In this document: piece by piece, positions 39,227 through 49,337 of the stretch
Numbering within the stretch: the stretch's first letter is position 1
Layout: every line of letters starts with the position of its first letter
Source of the DNA: a bacterium
GTDB lineage: Bacteria > Bacteroidota > Ignavibacteria > Kapaibacteriales > Kapaibacteriaceae
Direction of reading: 5' to 3'
DNA length: 64,000 nt
Assembly: GCA_036834845.1 (NCBI GenBank)
Contig: DAITNB010000008.1
Coordinates: 34,849 to 98,848 of the forward strand
Notes under the pieces: generated by a model
The model's database searches: none
Told to the model about the DNA's origin: nothing
Seen by the model: the letters and a program-made list of their open reading frames with translations, nothing else
Position numbers and translations under genes: made by a program

Positions 39227-40258
39227 TCAATGCTCCTCTCCTTCACCACGAAGGAAACGCTCGGCTTCCAAAACGTCGTCAACGCTTCCCATAAAACACG
39301 GAACACGTTGATGCAGCGATGTGGGCACGATGTCGAGGACGCGCGAAACGCCATCGGTGGCACGTCCACCGGCTTGTTCCACGATAAAGGCCATGGGGTT
39401 TACTTCGTATACAAGACGCAGCTTACCGGTTGGGTTCGATGTGTCTGCGGGATACATAAAGATGCCTCCGTAATGCAGGGTGCGGTGGACATCTGCCACC
39501 ATGGTACCAACGTATCGGAGAGAATATGGATGTATACCATCGGCAGACGGACGCAGCACATGCGCAACGTAGTCGCGCACGCCTTGTGGCCATTTATAGG
39601 CGTTGCCGCTGTTAACCGAATAGATTCTGCCTCGCTGGGGGATCTGTATCTTCTCAAAGGTCAACAAGAACTCGCCAATTGTGGGGTCGAACGTAAACAC
39701 GTCTACACCGTTGCCACTCGTATAAACCAGTTGGGTGCTAGAGCCATACATCGCATACCCGGCAGCAACCTGTTTCCATCCGGGCTGCAAGCAGTCTTCT
39801 AATGATCCTGCCGTTGTTAACGCAGTATCTACTCTGCGGTATATCGAAAAGATGGTTCCGATAGACACGTTTACATCGATATTGCTCGATCCATCGAGTG
39901 GGTCGAACACCAACACATATTTGCCCTTACGATACTCGTCGGGAATCACCATCAAACCATCTGCCTCTTCCGAAGCCATCACGCAGAGATGTCCACCATG
40001 ATCCATAGCACGGAAGATTACTTCGTTGGCGTGAATGTCTAACCGTTTTACGCGCTCGCCGTGCACGTTAACATCTTCCGTCATACCTAATACATCATTC
40101 AAACCGGCCCTGCGCACATCTCTTGCCAGAATGCGAAGAGCTAATGTAAAGTCGCGAAGTAGGTGCGAAAACTCGCCGGTTGCACCGGGATGCAGCGCCC
40201 CCTCCTCGGTGATGTGGCGCTCGATGGTGATGAGCTTGGAAGTTTTAAGAAATGGCAT
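39227..40258 (-). CDS. fbp: Fructose-1,6-bisphosphatase class I
   Basis: VKRLDI, ASEE, FDPLDGSSNIDVN.SIGTIFSI, RYVGTMVADVHRTL..GGIF.YP, KLRLVYEVNPMAF..EQAGG. Confidence 0.95.
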   Translation of the reverse strand: MPFLKTSKLITIERHITEEGALHPGATGEFSHLLRDFTLALRILARDVRRAGLNDVLGMTEDVNVHGERVKRLDIHANEVIFRAMDHGGHLCVMASEEADGLMVIPDEYRKGKYVLVFDPLDGSSNIDVNVSIGTIFSIYRRVDTALTTAGSLEDCLQPGWKQVAAGYAMYGSSTQLVYTSGNGVDVFTFDPTIGEFLLTFEKIQIPQRGRIYSVNSGNAYKWPQGVRDYVAHVLRPSADGIHPYSLRYVGTMVADVHRTLHYGGIFMYPADTSNPTGKLRLVYEVNPMAFIVEQAGGRATDGVSRVLDIVPTSLHQRVPCFMGSVDDVLEAERFLRGEGEEH

Positions 40259-40261
40259 GTG

Positions 40262-40711
40262 TTACTTCTGATCTAACCGCACACTGAGTACGGGGCAGGG
40301 GGCTTTGCGGAGCACTCGCTCTGTGGTGCTACCAAAAAGGAAATGCTCTAAACCGCTCCGGCCGTGCGTACCAATGGCGAGGATGGAGATAGCATGCTCC
40401 TTGGCATAGTTGCATATCTCGTCGGAAGCCCTGCCTTTGCGTACGGCGGTCTCTACTGAGAATCCTTCTGCTTTTAACGCTTCCGCAAGTGTTCCAAGCT
40501 CCTTTTCGGCATTCGTCTGCAGCTCTTGCTCTATGTCTGCAAACCCTACCTGGGCGTAGCTCCAGTCTGCAGGGTAAACCACGGGCTCTACAACATGGAT
40601 AACATGGAGCATGGCCTTCGAACCTCTGGCAACCTCTTTGGCAAGGGCGAGCGCCTTAACGGCGTTTTCGGAAAAATCCGTGGGGACAAGAATGGAGGTA
40701 ACTGTAAGCAT
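40262..40711 (-). CDS. Universal stress protein
   Basis: ILVPTDFSENA, LHVIHVV, IGTHGRSGLEHFLFGSTTERVLRKAPCPVL. Confidence 0.93.
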   Translation of the reverse strand: MLTVTSILVPTDFSENAVKALALAKEVARGSKAMLHVIHVVEPVVYPADWSYAQVGFADIEQELQTNAEKELGTLAEALKAEGFSVETAVRKGRASDEICNYAKEHAISILAIGTHGRSGLEHFLFGSTTERVLRKAPCPVLSVRLDQK

Positions 40712-40757
40712 GGCTTTTGGTAGTTTGTTTATGGTTCATGCAATGTAGCAAACCTGT

Positions 40758-43700
40758 TTGTACACACCACTCTTTGTTATGATTCTCTCTTCCTCCTGGA
40801 CACGCTCTATTGTCCTTTTCCTTTCTACGGCATTCTTCGCCACAACTCAGTTTACCTTTGCTCAAGGCACCGAAGAGGGTTGGAGTGCCTTTATGAGCAA
40901 TCGTCCGGAAGAGGCCAGGCGCATCTTCCTCGATGTGGTACGGAGCAACCCCAAGGATGGGCGCGCCTATCATGGTTTGGCCTTCGAGGCATGGCTGCGC
41001 GGAAACGAGCAGCAGACATGGGAATATCGCAAACAGGCCCTGGCGTTAGAGACAAATCCACATTCGTTCGTGTATGCTACAATCTCGGGAAGTACATTCA
41101 GTGCGGCGTTGCGCAATCCATCGTCGGGCGCAAGGGAGCAGCTGTTGATGTTGATAGATAAGCCCGACTCGATGGGAATTCTTCGCGCTGCTGCTCTGGA
41201 GCGTCTAGGGAATCAAGCAACAAGGCAGGAAAACATCACAGAGGCGCAACAGTGGTTCGACAAAATGGGGGCATTAACCCTGTGGCGTATTGTAGGTCCG
41301 TTCGACAACGTTTCGGCGTCGGGCCACGATAAGCTGTTTGGACCCGAGGTGGAAGACGATACCTCGGCGGTGTATCGCACGGCCGAAGGTGGTCAGATCC
41401 GCTGGCAATCTCCGTTAGTGCAACGTAGGGATAGCTGGATAGACATGACGTACTTCGCTCCAAGCCACGAAGGTGTATTCTATTCCGTGTGCTACGTGAA
41501 GCTTGCCAAGACACAGCGAGTACACCTACGCATTGGCACATCAGGATCGTTTAAGGCCTTTGTAAACGGCAGTCTAATTCGTGAAACCTCCGAAGAACTC
41601 AACAACGACCTAGACACCTACATCACAGAATGCACTCTGGGCGAGGGCTGGAACAAGATCCTCATAAAGCTTGGCGCTAGCGACTTGGATCGCTGCAACT
41701 TTATGGCGCGGATAACAGACGAAAGGGGCATCCCCATACGCATAGACGAGATGAGCACACGTCCACAGTCTACATCTACCGTGCCCCCTAACCCAACAAT
41801 TGTTAGCAATCCATTCCTCGACGACCTAGAGCGACGGATAGAACAGAATCCGCTGCACATCGAGAACTACCTTTATATGGCTGATGCGCTGCTTCGTAAC
41901 GATGAGGCAAACAAGGCAATTGCCATTCTGCGCAGAGCCCGAACCCTAGCACCAGAGTTTGTATTGATAGACATCTACCTATTGGATGCGTATCAGCGAA
42001 GCGATAGAAGAGACGAGTATTTGTCTCTGATAGAACATTGTGCGTCAAAGATGCCCAACATTCCTATGTCTCTGTTGTATCGGTTTAATCGCGCATTCAC
42101 TCAGGACAAGTTGGAAGAGGCCGACTCACTCCTCGAAACTGTGCGCCTCAAGGATTCAACAAGCACTACGTATTTCGATTGGGCACTCGTACTTGCTAAC
42201 CGTAGATCGGAGTACCGTACCTTCTCTACGCTGCTAGACAAAGCGTTCGAATTGCATCCATATTCATATCGTTATGCAAGTATTGCAGCGTCTACTGCAG
42301 CACAAGGCGGAAGGGGTACAAAGGAAGCAATTGCCATTATTAAACGTCAACTCGCAACAGGCATTAGCACAGGATCCCTCGAGCTGCTTGCGCAATACGA
42401 ACTCGAATCTGGAGACATCCGCAGCGCACTGGCTACGTATGACAGACTTCTGGCCTTGGTTCCTGTGGGCTGTGGGTATTACTCCTCCATAGCATCAATC
42501 TACATCGATCGCAAGGAGTACACCGATGCCCTTGCATCGATTAATCGTGCTCTTGCTATTGCCCCTAACAGCTCTCGTTATCACTATAAGAAGGCGGTAA
42601 TCCTAAAGAGTATGGGGCACGTGATTGAAGCAAGCGCTGCTATGCAACGCGCACTCGATATCGATCCTTCCAACTTCGAAGCCCGCACATTTATTCGCGA
42701 ACTACAGGGAAAACCCCACCCATTACAATTCATGCCAACGGTAAATGTAGACAGTGTAATGAAGGCCGCACCGGATGCTTCCTCCTATCCGAACGATGGC
42801 GCACTGCTTCTCTACAGTGGAGATTTTCGCGTGGTGTACGATGGTAGTAGGTGCGATGTGCAACGCGAGTACATCATCAAGGTGTTCACCACAGATGGTA
42901 TTGATGCGTTTAAGGAGATGTCTATCCCGCAAAATGGCTCGCTCTCCATAGAAAAGGCCGTGGTGAAAAAGGCGCGTGGCAGAGAGATTCAGGCCGACCG
43001 CGGTGTTGGGCAGTTAGTGTTTAAATCGCTCGAACAGGGAGACATCATCCACCTAAAGTATCGCATGTCCGAGGCAACTGCGGGAAGACTCGGAATATTC
43101 TTCGAAGACGAGTTTTCGTTTAATAGCGGTTGGCCAACTCTCCAGAGCGTTTATGGGTTACTTACGCCAAAGGCCTACCCGTTTACATGGAGGGTGTACG
43201 GCAAGGAGAACTCCCCGGAAATCACAACGAATGATTACGGCGACCTGTGGCTTTGGCGCGGTGGGAAAGAACCAGCCATCGAGTACGAAGAAGACATGCC
43301 CAACTACAGCGACATGGACGATCGTGTTGTGGTTTCGAACGTTCCCGGCTGGGGAGAGATTGTGTCTTGGTATCACGACATTTCGCACACCAAAACACGG
43401 TCTAGCGCGGAGGTGCGCGAGCTGGTAGACTCTCTCTTCCCGCCCGGCACGAACCCAACGAAGGAAGAAATCATCAACGAAGTGTACAGATACATTACCC
43501 GCGAAATTCGCTACAGCTACGTACCGTTCCGTCAGTCGGGCTTTGTTCCACAAAAGGCAGAGAAGGTGCTGAACACCCGCATCGGCGATTGCAAGGACGT
43601 AGCCACGTTGTGCATAGCCATGTTGGCGGAGCGGAACATCGTGGCCTACCCTGTTTTGGTTCAAACCCGCACTTCACCATTCTTCCGTGCGCCCAACCCG

Positions 43701-44558
43701 GGCATTGTATTCGACCATGCCATTGTTATGGTGCCCGGCGACTCCCTGCCGTTGTTTATCGATCTAACGGCAGACAACGTGCCAATTGGAAGTGTGCCCT
43801 ATGCAGATCGCGACGCATTCATACTCACAATTCGCCCTGGCAATCGAGAGCCCAACCGACTTGGGAAGATGTATTACCAGCCCAACACATTAACAGTTGA
43901 GTCGGTGGTTACCATCTCAGAAGACTATTCCGCAGAAATAGTTCAGAAACACGTTGTAACGGGAGCTGCCACGCAGCCTCTGCGCTCCGCTTGGAGAGAG
44001 TCTTCGGAGAAAGACCGCATAAAGAGTATCACTGAGTTACTAAGCGAAGACTATCCCGATGTTGAAGTTTCCTCATTCGAAACATCCGACCTCGAGCGTT
44101 TAGATCCGTCAGTTGAATTCACCGTTGTTTTCACTGTACCAAACTACCTCATGGAGGCCGGGCCGTTCCTCATTGCCCGCCTTCCATGGCAAACGCCTGT
44201 TACCACGCTTACGGCACTCTCCTATCCTACACGCGTACACCCGTTTGCCTACGAATCGTATTACGATAGCACCCGAGAAACCGTACACATCTCGGTTCCC
44301 CGCGGTTATGTATTTAGCGAGGAGAAATCCAAGGTGGATGTATCTCTTCCCCTTGTATCCTACAACAAAACATCTACGATAAAGGACGGCGTGCTCACGA
44401 TCGATCGCAGATCTACCGCGTCTACCGGCATTGTTGAAGTAAGAGACTACCCAGACTTTAAAATGGCGTATAATCGGATGGTGAAGGAAGATCGCAAGAA
44501 CATCCTCTTTATGCCCAAGGGCACCGTTGTAAAAGTTCCTAAGAAGGGAGCAAAATAA
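40758..44558 (+). CDS. TPR + DUF3857 + transglutaminase-like domain protein
   Basis: Signal peptide; jelly-roll insert (WRIVGPFDN...WNKILIKL); multiple TPRs; DUF3857 (YPNDGALLL, SLEQGDII); IRYSYV, GDCKD (Cys), FDHAI (His), FIDLT (Asp). Confidence 0.82.
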   Translation: MYTPLFVMILSSSWTRSIVLFLSTAFFATTQFTFAQGTEEGWSAFMSNRPEEARRIFLDVVRSNPKDGRAYHGLAFEAWLRGNEQQTWEYRKQALALETNPHSFVYATISGSTFSAALRNPSSGAREQLLMLIDKPDSMGILRAAALERLGNQATRQENITEAQQWFDKMGALTLWRIVGPFDNVSASGHDKLFGPEVEDDTSAVYRTAEGGQIRWQSPLVQRRDSWIDMTYFAPSHEGVFYSVCYVKLAKTQRVHLRIGTSGSFKAFVNGSLIRETSEELNNDLDTYITECTLGEGWNKILIKLGASDLDRCNFMARITDERGIPIRIDEMSTRPQSTSTVPPNPTIVSNPFLDDLERRIEQNPLHIENYLYMADALLRNDEANKAIAILRRARTLAPEFVLIDIYLLDAYQRSDRRDEYLSLIEHCASKMPNIPMSLLYRFNRAFTQDKLEEADSLLETVRLKDSTSTTYFDWALVLANRRSEYRTFSTLLDKAFELHPYSYRYASIAASTAAQGGRGTKEAIAIIKRQLATGISTGSLELLAQYELESGDIRSALATYDRLLALVPVGCGYYSSIASIYIDRKEYTDALASINRALAIAPNSSRYHYKKAVILKSMGHVIEASAAMQRALDIDPSNFEARTFIRELQGKPHPLQFMPTVNVDSVMKAAPDASSYPNDGALLLYSGDFRVVYDGSRCDVQREYIIKVFTTDGIDAFKEMSIPQNGSLSIEKAVVKKARGREIQADRGVGQLVFKSLEQGDIIHLKYRMSEATAGRLGIFFEDEFSFNSGWPTLQSVYGLLTPKAYPFTWRVYGKENSPEITTNDYGDLWLWRGGKEPAIEYEEDMPNYSDMDDRVVVSNVPGWGEIVSWYHDISHTKTRSSAEVRELVDSLFPPGTNPTKEEIINEVYRYITREIRYSYVPFRQSGFVPQKAEKVLNTRIGDCKDVATLCIAMLAERNIVAYPVLVQTRTSPFFRAPNPGIVFDHAIVMVPGDSLPLFIDLTADNVPIGSVPYADRDAFILTIRPGNREPNRLGKMYYQPNTLTVESVVTISEDYSAEIVQKHVVTGAATQPLRSAWRESSEKDRIKSITELLSEDYPDVEVSSFETSDLERLDPSVEFTVVFTVPNYLMEAGPFLIARLPWQTPVTTLTALSYPTRVHPFAYESYYDSTRETVHISVPRGYVFSEEKSKVDVSLPLVSYNKTSTIKDGVLTIDRRSTASTGIVEVRDYPDFKMAYNRMVKEDRKNILFMPKGTVVKVPKKGAK

Positions 44559-44560
44559 AG

Positions 44561-45361
44561 GTGTTGTATCCGCAACGCATTGTGTGTTTAACGGAGGAAA
44601 CCACTGAAACACTCTATGCTCTTGGTTGCGATGACCGTATAGTTGGCATCAGTGGCTTTACGGTGCGGCCACCACGCGCACGCAAAGAGAAGCCAAAGGT
44701 TTCTACATATCTCGATGCAAAATTCGACGAGATTCTCGCACTGCAACCCGATGTAGTGTTTGCTTGGTCGGACCTTCAGGCAGATATTTCTGCAGAGCTT
44801 ATTCGAAGGGGCGTGCAGGTAGTGTGCTTTAACCACCGGTCCATCGATGGCATTCTTTCCATGATTGTTCAGCTTGGTGCAATAGTTGGAAAGCCCACCG
44901 TTGCATGGGAGTACGCACGCTCGCTGCGTCAACGTGTAGAGCGTGCCGCTGAACATGGAGCTCGGTATCGCGATAAACCTCGTGTTTACTTCGAAGAGTG
45001 GTACGATCCGCTCATTACCGGAATATGCTGGGTAAGCGAAATCATCGAAGTGTGCGGTGGCATAGATGTGTTTGCTGAAAATCGCATTCACCCAAACGCA
45101 AAGGAGCGAATACTGGCAGACCCCACAGAGCCCCTTCTCAGAGACCCAGACATCATGCTAACATCGTGGTGTGGTAAGATGCTGAAACCCGAAAAAGTTA
45201 TCGGCCGACCTGGATGGGAAAATCTGCGTCCGTTCCGCACCGGCTTTCTGCGAGACATAGCTTCGGCAATCATCCTTCAGCCGGGTCCGGCTGCCTTAAC
45301 GGACGGACTAGATGTTGTAGCGAACATCATTGAAGAGTGGCATACTGCCGGACGCCCATGA
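44561..45361 (+). CDS. Cobalamin/Fe-siderophore-type periplasmic binding protein (BtuF-like)
   Basis: PQRIVCLTEETTE.LYALG, ILALQPDVV, PRVYFEEW.DP, WVSEIIE.CGG, ILQPGP. Confidence 0.78.
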   Translation: MLYPQRIVCLTEETTETLYALGCDDRIVGISGFTVRPPRARKEKPKVSTYLDAKFDEILALQPDVVFAWSDLQADISAELIRRGVQVVCFNHRSIDGILSMIVQLGAIVGKPTVAWEYARSLRQRVERAAEHGARYRDKPRVYFEEWYDPLITGICWVSEIIEVCGGIDVFAENRIHPNAKERILADPTEPLLRDPDIMLTSWCGKMLKPEKVIGRPGWENLRPFRTGFLRDIASAIILQPGPAALTDGLDVVANIIEEWHTAGRP

Positions 45362-46026
45362 ACACACTCGAAAGAACAACGTCGCCATTCCACGCCGTTA
45401 TCTGTCTGAACGGCAATATCCCAGGCGAGAGAGTATTGAGCGAGTTGGCACAGTACCCACTCATCGCAGCAGACGGGGCCACCGAAAAACTCCATGCAAT
45501 GGGTGTTGTTGCAGAGTACGTTGTTGGCGATTTCGACTCCATACCTCAATGGTACCTAAAGGAGTATGCCTCCGTTTGCGAGTTTGTGCACGACCCAAGT
45601 CAAGACACCAACGACTTCGAAAAGGCACTGGTTTTTGCCCAATCCATGCTTTGGAAACGGATCCTTGTTATCGGTATTCACGGTGGAGACCTAGAACATA
45701 CCCTGAACAACTGGTCTGTGTTTATGCGGTTCGGCACGCAGATGCAGCTTGTAGCACTCGACCAGGACAGGTATGCAGTGCCACTGTACGCAAACACCCG
45801 GTATGCCGCCGAACCAGAAGAACTGTTGTCTCTTATCCCGCAACCCAGCGCAGTGGTTACCACCAAGGGTTTAACGTGGCCACTGAACGCCGAAGAGTTA
45901 TCCCTGGGCAGGCGGGAAGGGGCGCGCAACAGAGCCAATGCGCAGGAGGTAGAAATAGAAATCCACTCGGGTTCTGTGTTGTTCTTCTGCAACGCAGAAC
46001 TTCCTATGGCCCCGGAGTTTCGGTAA
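45358..46026 (+). CDS. thiN: Thiamine pyrophosphokinase
   Basis: LIAADGA, VVGDFDSI, QDTNDFEKAL, G.HGG..EH.L.N, VTTKGLTWPL, REGARN. Confidence 0.88.
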   Translation: MNTLERTTSPFHAVICLNGNIPGERVLSELAQYPLIAADGATEKLHAMGVVAEYVVGDFDSIPQWYLKEYASVCEFVHDPSQDTNDFEKALVFAQSMLWKRILVIGIHGGDLEHTLNNWSVFMRFGTQMQLVALDQDRYAVPLYANTRYAAEPEELLSLIPQPSAVVTTKGLTWPLNAEELSLGRREGARNRANAQEVEIEIHSGSVLFFCNAELPMAPEFR

Positions 46027-46070
46027 GGGGCTATATTCGCCGGGTAAACATCCGATTATTGGGAGAACGA

Positions 46071-46802
46071 ATGCGACGCGATATAACAACATGGTGGAGT
46101 CCGAACCTCAACAAGGGCATGGAGATCTGTGCCTATGGTCACTACGGCACCGCATTACTCATGTTCCCCAGTGCGGCAGCAGATTTCTTGGAGTACGAAC
46201 GATTTCACCTAATAAACTCCATAGCCCCCTTCATAGAGCAGGGCAAGGTAAAGGTGTATTCTATCAACAGCATCAACAGCGAGAGCTGGCTTAACGATAG
46301 AATGTCTGGCAGAGATAAAGCCATTCGGCACCAGCAATACAACAACTACATAGTTGAAGAAGTTGTGCCCTTCATCTTTCGCGATTGCGACGGACAAGTG
46401 CCCATTATAACCGCCGGCGTGTCTCTAGGAGCACTTCACGCAGCCAATTCGCTGTTCCGCAGACCCGATGTGTTCGATGGAACCATTGCTATGAGTGGCA
46501 TCTACGATTTGAAGGAGTACTCTAAGGGGTACTTCGACGAAGACTGTTACTTCAACTCACCAACAGATTATCTGCCGAATCTGCACGATCCGTATTGGTT
46601 AAATCTGCTCCGCTCAAAGCATCATATCCACATCCTCTCTGGCAGTGGCAATTACGAAGATCCATCTGCCACCGTAACCATTGGTGGAATCTTGGCGGCA
46701 AAGAACATACCCGTAGACATTGAGTTATGGGGCAGAGAGTGGACGCACGACTGGCCAACATGGCGGGCAATGTTGCCACATATCATCGGTGCGCGCTTCT
46801 AA
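46071..46802 (+). CDS. Putative esterase (alpha/beta hydrolase)
   Basis: WSPNL...M..CAYGHYG, GVSLG nucleophile elbow, MSGIYD, HDWPTW. Start ATG 46071. Confidence 0.82.
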   Translation: MRRDITTWWSPNLNKGMEICAYGHYGTALLMFPSAAADFLEYERFHLINSIAPFIEQGKVKVYSINSINSESWLNDRMSGRDKAIRHQQYNNYIVEEVVPFIFRDCDGQVPIITAGVSLGALHAANSLFRRPDVFDGTIAMSGIYDLKEYSKGYFDEDCYFNSPTDYLPNLHDPYWLNLLRSKHHIHILSGSGNYEDPSATVTIGGILAAKNIPVDIELWGREWTHDWPTWRAMLPHIIGARF

Positions 46803-46806
46803 GCGC

Positions 46807-47430
46807 CTACTGCGATTCTTCGCCAAAACGTTCGCGGGTGGCAAACCATCCACGCTGTCCATACGCCGTAAAGGAGTGTAGTAGAATGTCGTCTTCCGAC
46901 ATGTCTCCGGTAAGTGGCAAGGGGTGCGGGTACACAACATCGAACACGTGACTATAGAGCAAGAAGTTCACAACGTGAACGTGGAAATACACGTCGCTCT
47001 CGTCAATCATGTCTTCCGAAACAACTATCGCAGACACCCGATACTCATCGTTTACTCGCACGAGGTTGCAGTTGTAAACCACCTCGCCGGTACAACTTCG
47101 CGCAAACGTTACAACATTTGCGTCGAGCGCTATGTCCCACTTGTCTCCCATCGATTCTGCTTGAAAGATCATTCCTCTGTCTGGAAGGTTGCGCAGAGAA
47201 ACAGGATATGTAATGTCTACCTCTATCTGCACAGCGTTCGCCGGACGTTTACCAAAGAGATGCGATCCATCAGAGCTACGTAGAGCCACAAACTGCTCGG
47301 CAACATCATTGTTACTGGCAGAGGCAGACATTGTGGTGGCAATTGCTCTACAGTCGAACACGGGAAAGCCCCACGGCGAGTTTGCGCCATCTATCCAGCG
47401 GGGTTCCATTGATGCATGGTCATTTTTCAT
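46807..47430 (-). CDS. Hypothetical protein
   Basis: 207-aa ORF 9 bp downstream of the four-helix-bundle gene; contains SMGDKWDI...FARSCTG. Confidence 0.6.
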   Translation of the reverse strand: MKNDHASMEPRWIDGANSPWGFPVFDCRAIATTMSASASNNDVAEQFVALRSSDGSHLFGKRPANAVQIEVDITYPVSLRNLPDRGMIFQAESMGDKWDIALDANVVTFARSCTGEVVYNCNLVRVNDEYRVSAIVVSEDMIDESDVYFHVHVVNFLLYSHVFDVVYPHPLPLTGDMSEDDILLHSFTAYGQRGWFATRERFGEESQ

Positions 47431-47439
47431 CCATGCAAA

Positions 47440-47835
47440 CTATGCAACTGCGGCAGATCCGTTGCGCATCTCCGTATTTGAGGGCACAATGTCTCGCGCT
47501 GTTCGCAAGGCCGTTATGCAAAGTCTATGAATCTCCTCTGCTAGGTCGTGCAGGGGGCATGCAGCTTCCGGGTCTACGGCGCCTAAATCGTCTAACAACC
47601 GTATCCACAGCTTTACCAAACGCACGTGCACATTTATCTCGTACAACCCAGCTCTGAACAGCTCCCGCGAGGCAGCTCCCGCCGCACGCTCGGTCCAGGC
47701 ACCTAGGTCCATTGCCGCAGAAAACAGCAGCCGGTGAATATCGCGGGCGCATTCGGCGCCGCCATGGGCGTGTACCGATATTCCCGCTACGCGCAGCGTA
47801 AGCTCGTACGATCGCTGTTGAAGGGGGCTAACCAT
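47440..47835 (-). CDS. Four-helix bundle protein (23S rRNA IVP/TIGR02436-like), divergent
   Basis: LQQRSYELTLRV, IHRLLFSAAMDLGA..E.A..A.SR..F...L..I......KLWIRLL pattern. Confidence 0.65.
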   Translation of the reverse strand: MVSPLQQRSYELTLRVAGISVHAHGGAECARDIHRLLFSAAMDLGAWTERAAGAASRELFRAGLYEINVHVRLVKLWIRLLDDLGAVDPEAACPLHDLAEEIHRLCITALRTARDIVPSNTEMRNGSAAVA

Positions 47836-47937
47836 ATGTCCTCCGGTGTATTAGGGTGGGGTTTCTTCCTCGTGCCCGTAGCCAGGTAAAACGTGACATT
47901 CCACCGTTGGGTATGGCTGCCCTTCGTAGTTTTGGAG

Positions 47938-49320
47938 ATGGAATTACCGGTACTCAATCAGCCCCCTACCCGCCAAACATCGGCCCGAAATGGCAAACGT
48001 GTATACGTAGAAACGTATGGCTGCCAGATGAATGTAAACGACTCCGAAATTGTTCTGGGCGTATTAGACTCCGAGGGCTATTCCGTAACCGACACGGCAG
48101 ACGACGCAGACGTGATTCTTCTAAACACCTGTGCAATTCGCGATAACGCCGAGCGGAAGATTCACGAACGGCTTACACACTTAAAGTATTCTAAACGCAA
48201 GAACCACGATTTAGTAGTTGGAGTACTGGGCTGCATGGCCGAGCGACTGCGCGCAAAGCTGCTCGATACCAAGCTTGTAGACATTGTGGTGGGACCGGAC
48301 GAGTATCGCAGAGTACCAGAGTTGGTAGAAAGTGCGCTTGGCGGCGACCGTGGTATTGCCGTAAAGCTGTCGAGAGTAGAAACATACGACGATGTGCAGC
48401 CGTTGCGAACCGAGGGTATCTCGGGATGGATTTCTATCATGCGGGGATGCGACAAATTCTGCACCTTCTGCGTGGTGCCCTTTACGCGAGGTCGCGAACG
48501 GTCGCGTCCGCTTTCTAGCGTTGTAGATGAAGCTAAAAGTCTTTGGGACAAAGGATTCAAGGAAGTAACCCTGTTGGGTCAGAACGTAAACTCGTATCGC
48601 GACGAAACATCGGGGTACGACTTTGCAGACCTGCTCTCGGCTACGGCCCGTGCAGTGCCCAACATGCGCATACGCTACACAACCTCGCATCCACAGGACA
48701 TGAGCGATAAACTCATCCATACAATGGCCGAGTGGGACAACATCTGCAAGTACATCCACCTGCCTGTGCAGTCGGGCTCGAACAGAATACTCGAGCTGAT
48801 GAACCGCACCTACACTGTTGAACACTATCTCGAGAGAATTGCACGCATTAAGGAAGCCATGCCACACTGTGCAATGAGCACCGACATCATTGCCGGGTTC
48901 TGTACCGAAACCGAGGCCGACCATCAGCACACCCTTGATGTGATGCGCAAGGTGCGCTACGAGGGCGCATACATGTTTGCGTATTCACCTCGCGAGAATA
49001 CCAAGGCGTGGAAGATGGGAGACGACGTTCCAGACGAGGTAAAGAACCAACGACTAACAGAGATCATCGAACTACAGAACGAAATCTCGCGCGAGCTGAA
49101 CGCCGCCGAGGCCGGACGCATTCATTCCGTTCTTGTAGAGGGGGCAAGCAAGCGCAACGCCGCGGAGTGGAAGGGCAGAACCGATACCAACAAAACCGTG
49201 ATCTTCCCGCACGATGGTACTGCCGGATACGTTGTGGGCGACGTGGTAAACGTTGTTATCGAGCGTGGGACCAGCGCAACACTTTTTGGCAAACTATTGC
49301 CGGTTGCTGTGCCTACGTAA
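47938..49320 (+). CDS. miaB: tRNA-2-methylthio-N6-dimethylallyladenosine synthase
   Basis: ETYGCQMN, LNTCAIR, LGCMA, radical SAM GCDKFCTFCVVP, LLGQNVNSY, HLPVQSGS, C-terminal TRAM. ATG 47938 with GGAG RBS. Confidence 0.95.
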   Translation: MELPVLNQPPTRQTSARNGKRVYVETYGCQMNVNDSEIVLGVLDSEGYSVTDTADDADVILLNTCAIRDNAERKIHERLTHLKYSKRKNHDLVVGVLGCMAERLRAKLLDTKLVDIVVGPDEYRRVPELVESALGGDRGIAVKLSRVETYDDVQPLRTEGISGWISIMRGCDKFCTFCVVPFTRGRERSRPLSSVVDEAKSLWDKGFKEVTLLGQNVNSYRDETSGYDFADLLSATARAVPNMRIRYTTSHPQDMSDKLIHTMAEWDNICKYIHLPVQSGSNRILELMNRTYTVEHYLERIARIKEAMPHCAMSTDIIAGFCTETEADHQHTLDVMRKVRYEGAYMFAYSPRENTKAWKMGDDVPDEVKNQRLTEIIELQNEISRELNAAEAGRIHSVLVEGASKRNAAEWKGRTDTNKTVIFPHDGTAGYVVGDVVNVVIERGTSATLFGKLLPVAVPT

Positions 49321-49337
49321 GAGGCACAGTGCTTGGT

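Noticed and set aside
38995-39369. ORFs translating the arrays (RNYGITEL repeats; also 38165-38394) and the 5' extension of sod to 39230
   Set aside because: Products of low-complexity DNA. sod has its own RBS, ATG and Tat signal at 39125.
44540-44561. Cobalamin or TPP riboswitch upstream of the btuF-like/thiN genes
   Set aside because: Only 2 bp separate the genes and no riboswitch consensus was seen.
47440-47835. Four-helix-bundle gene as Avd of a diversity-generating retroelement
   Set aside because: No reverse transcriptase and no template/variable repeat pair seen in the window.
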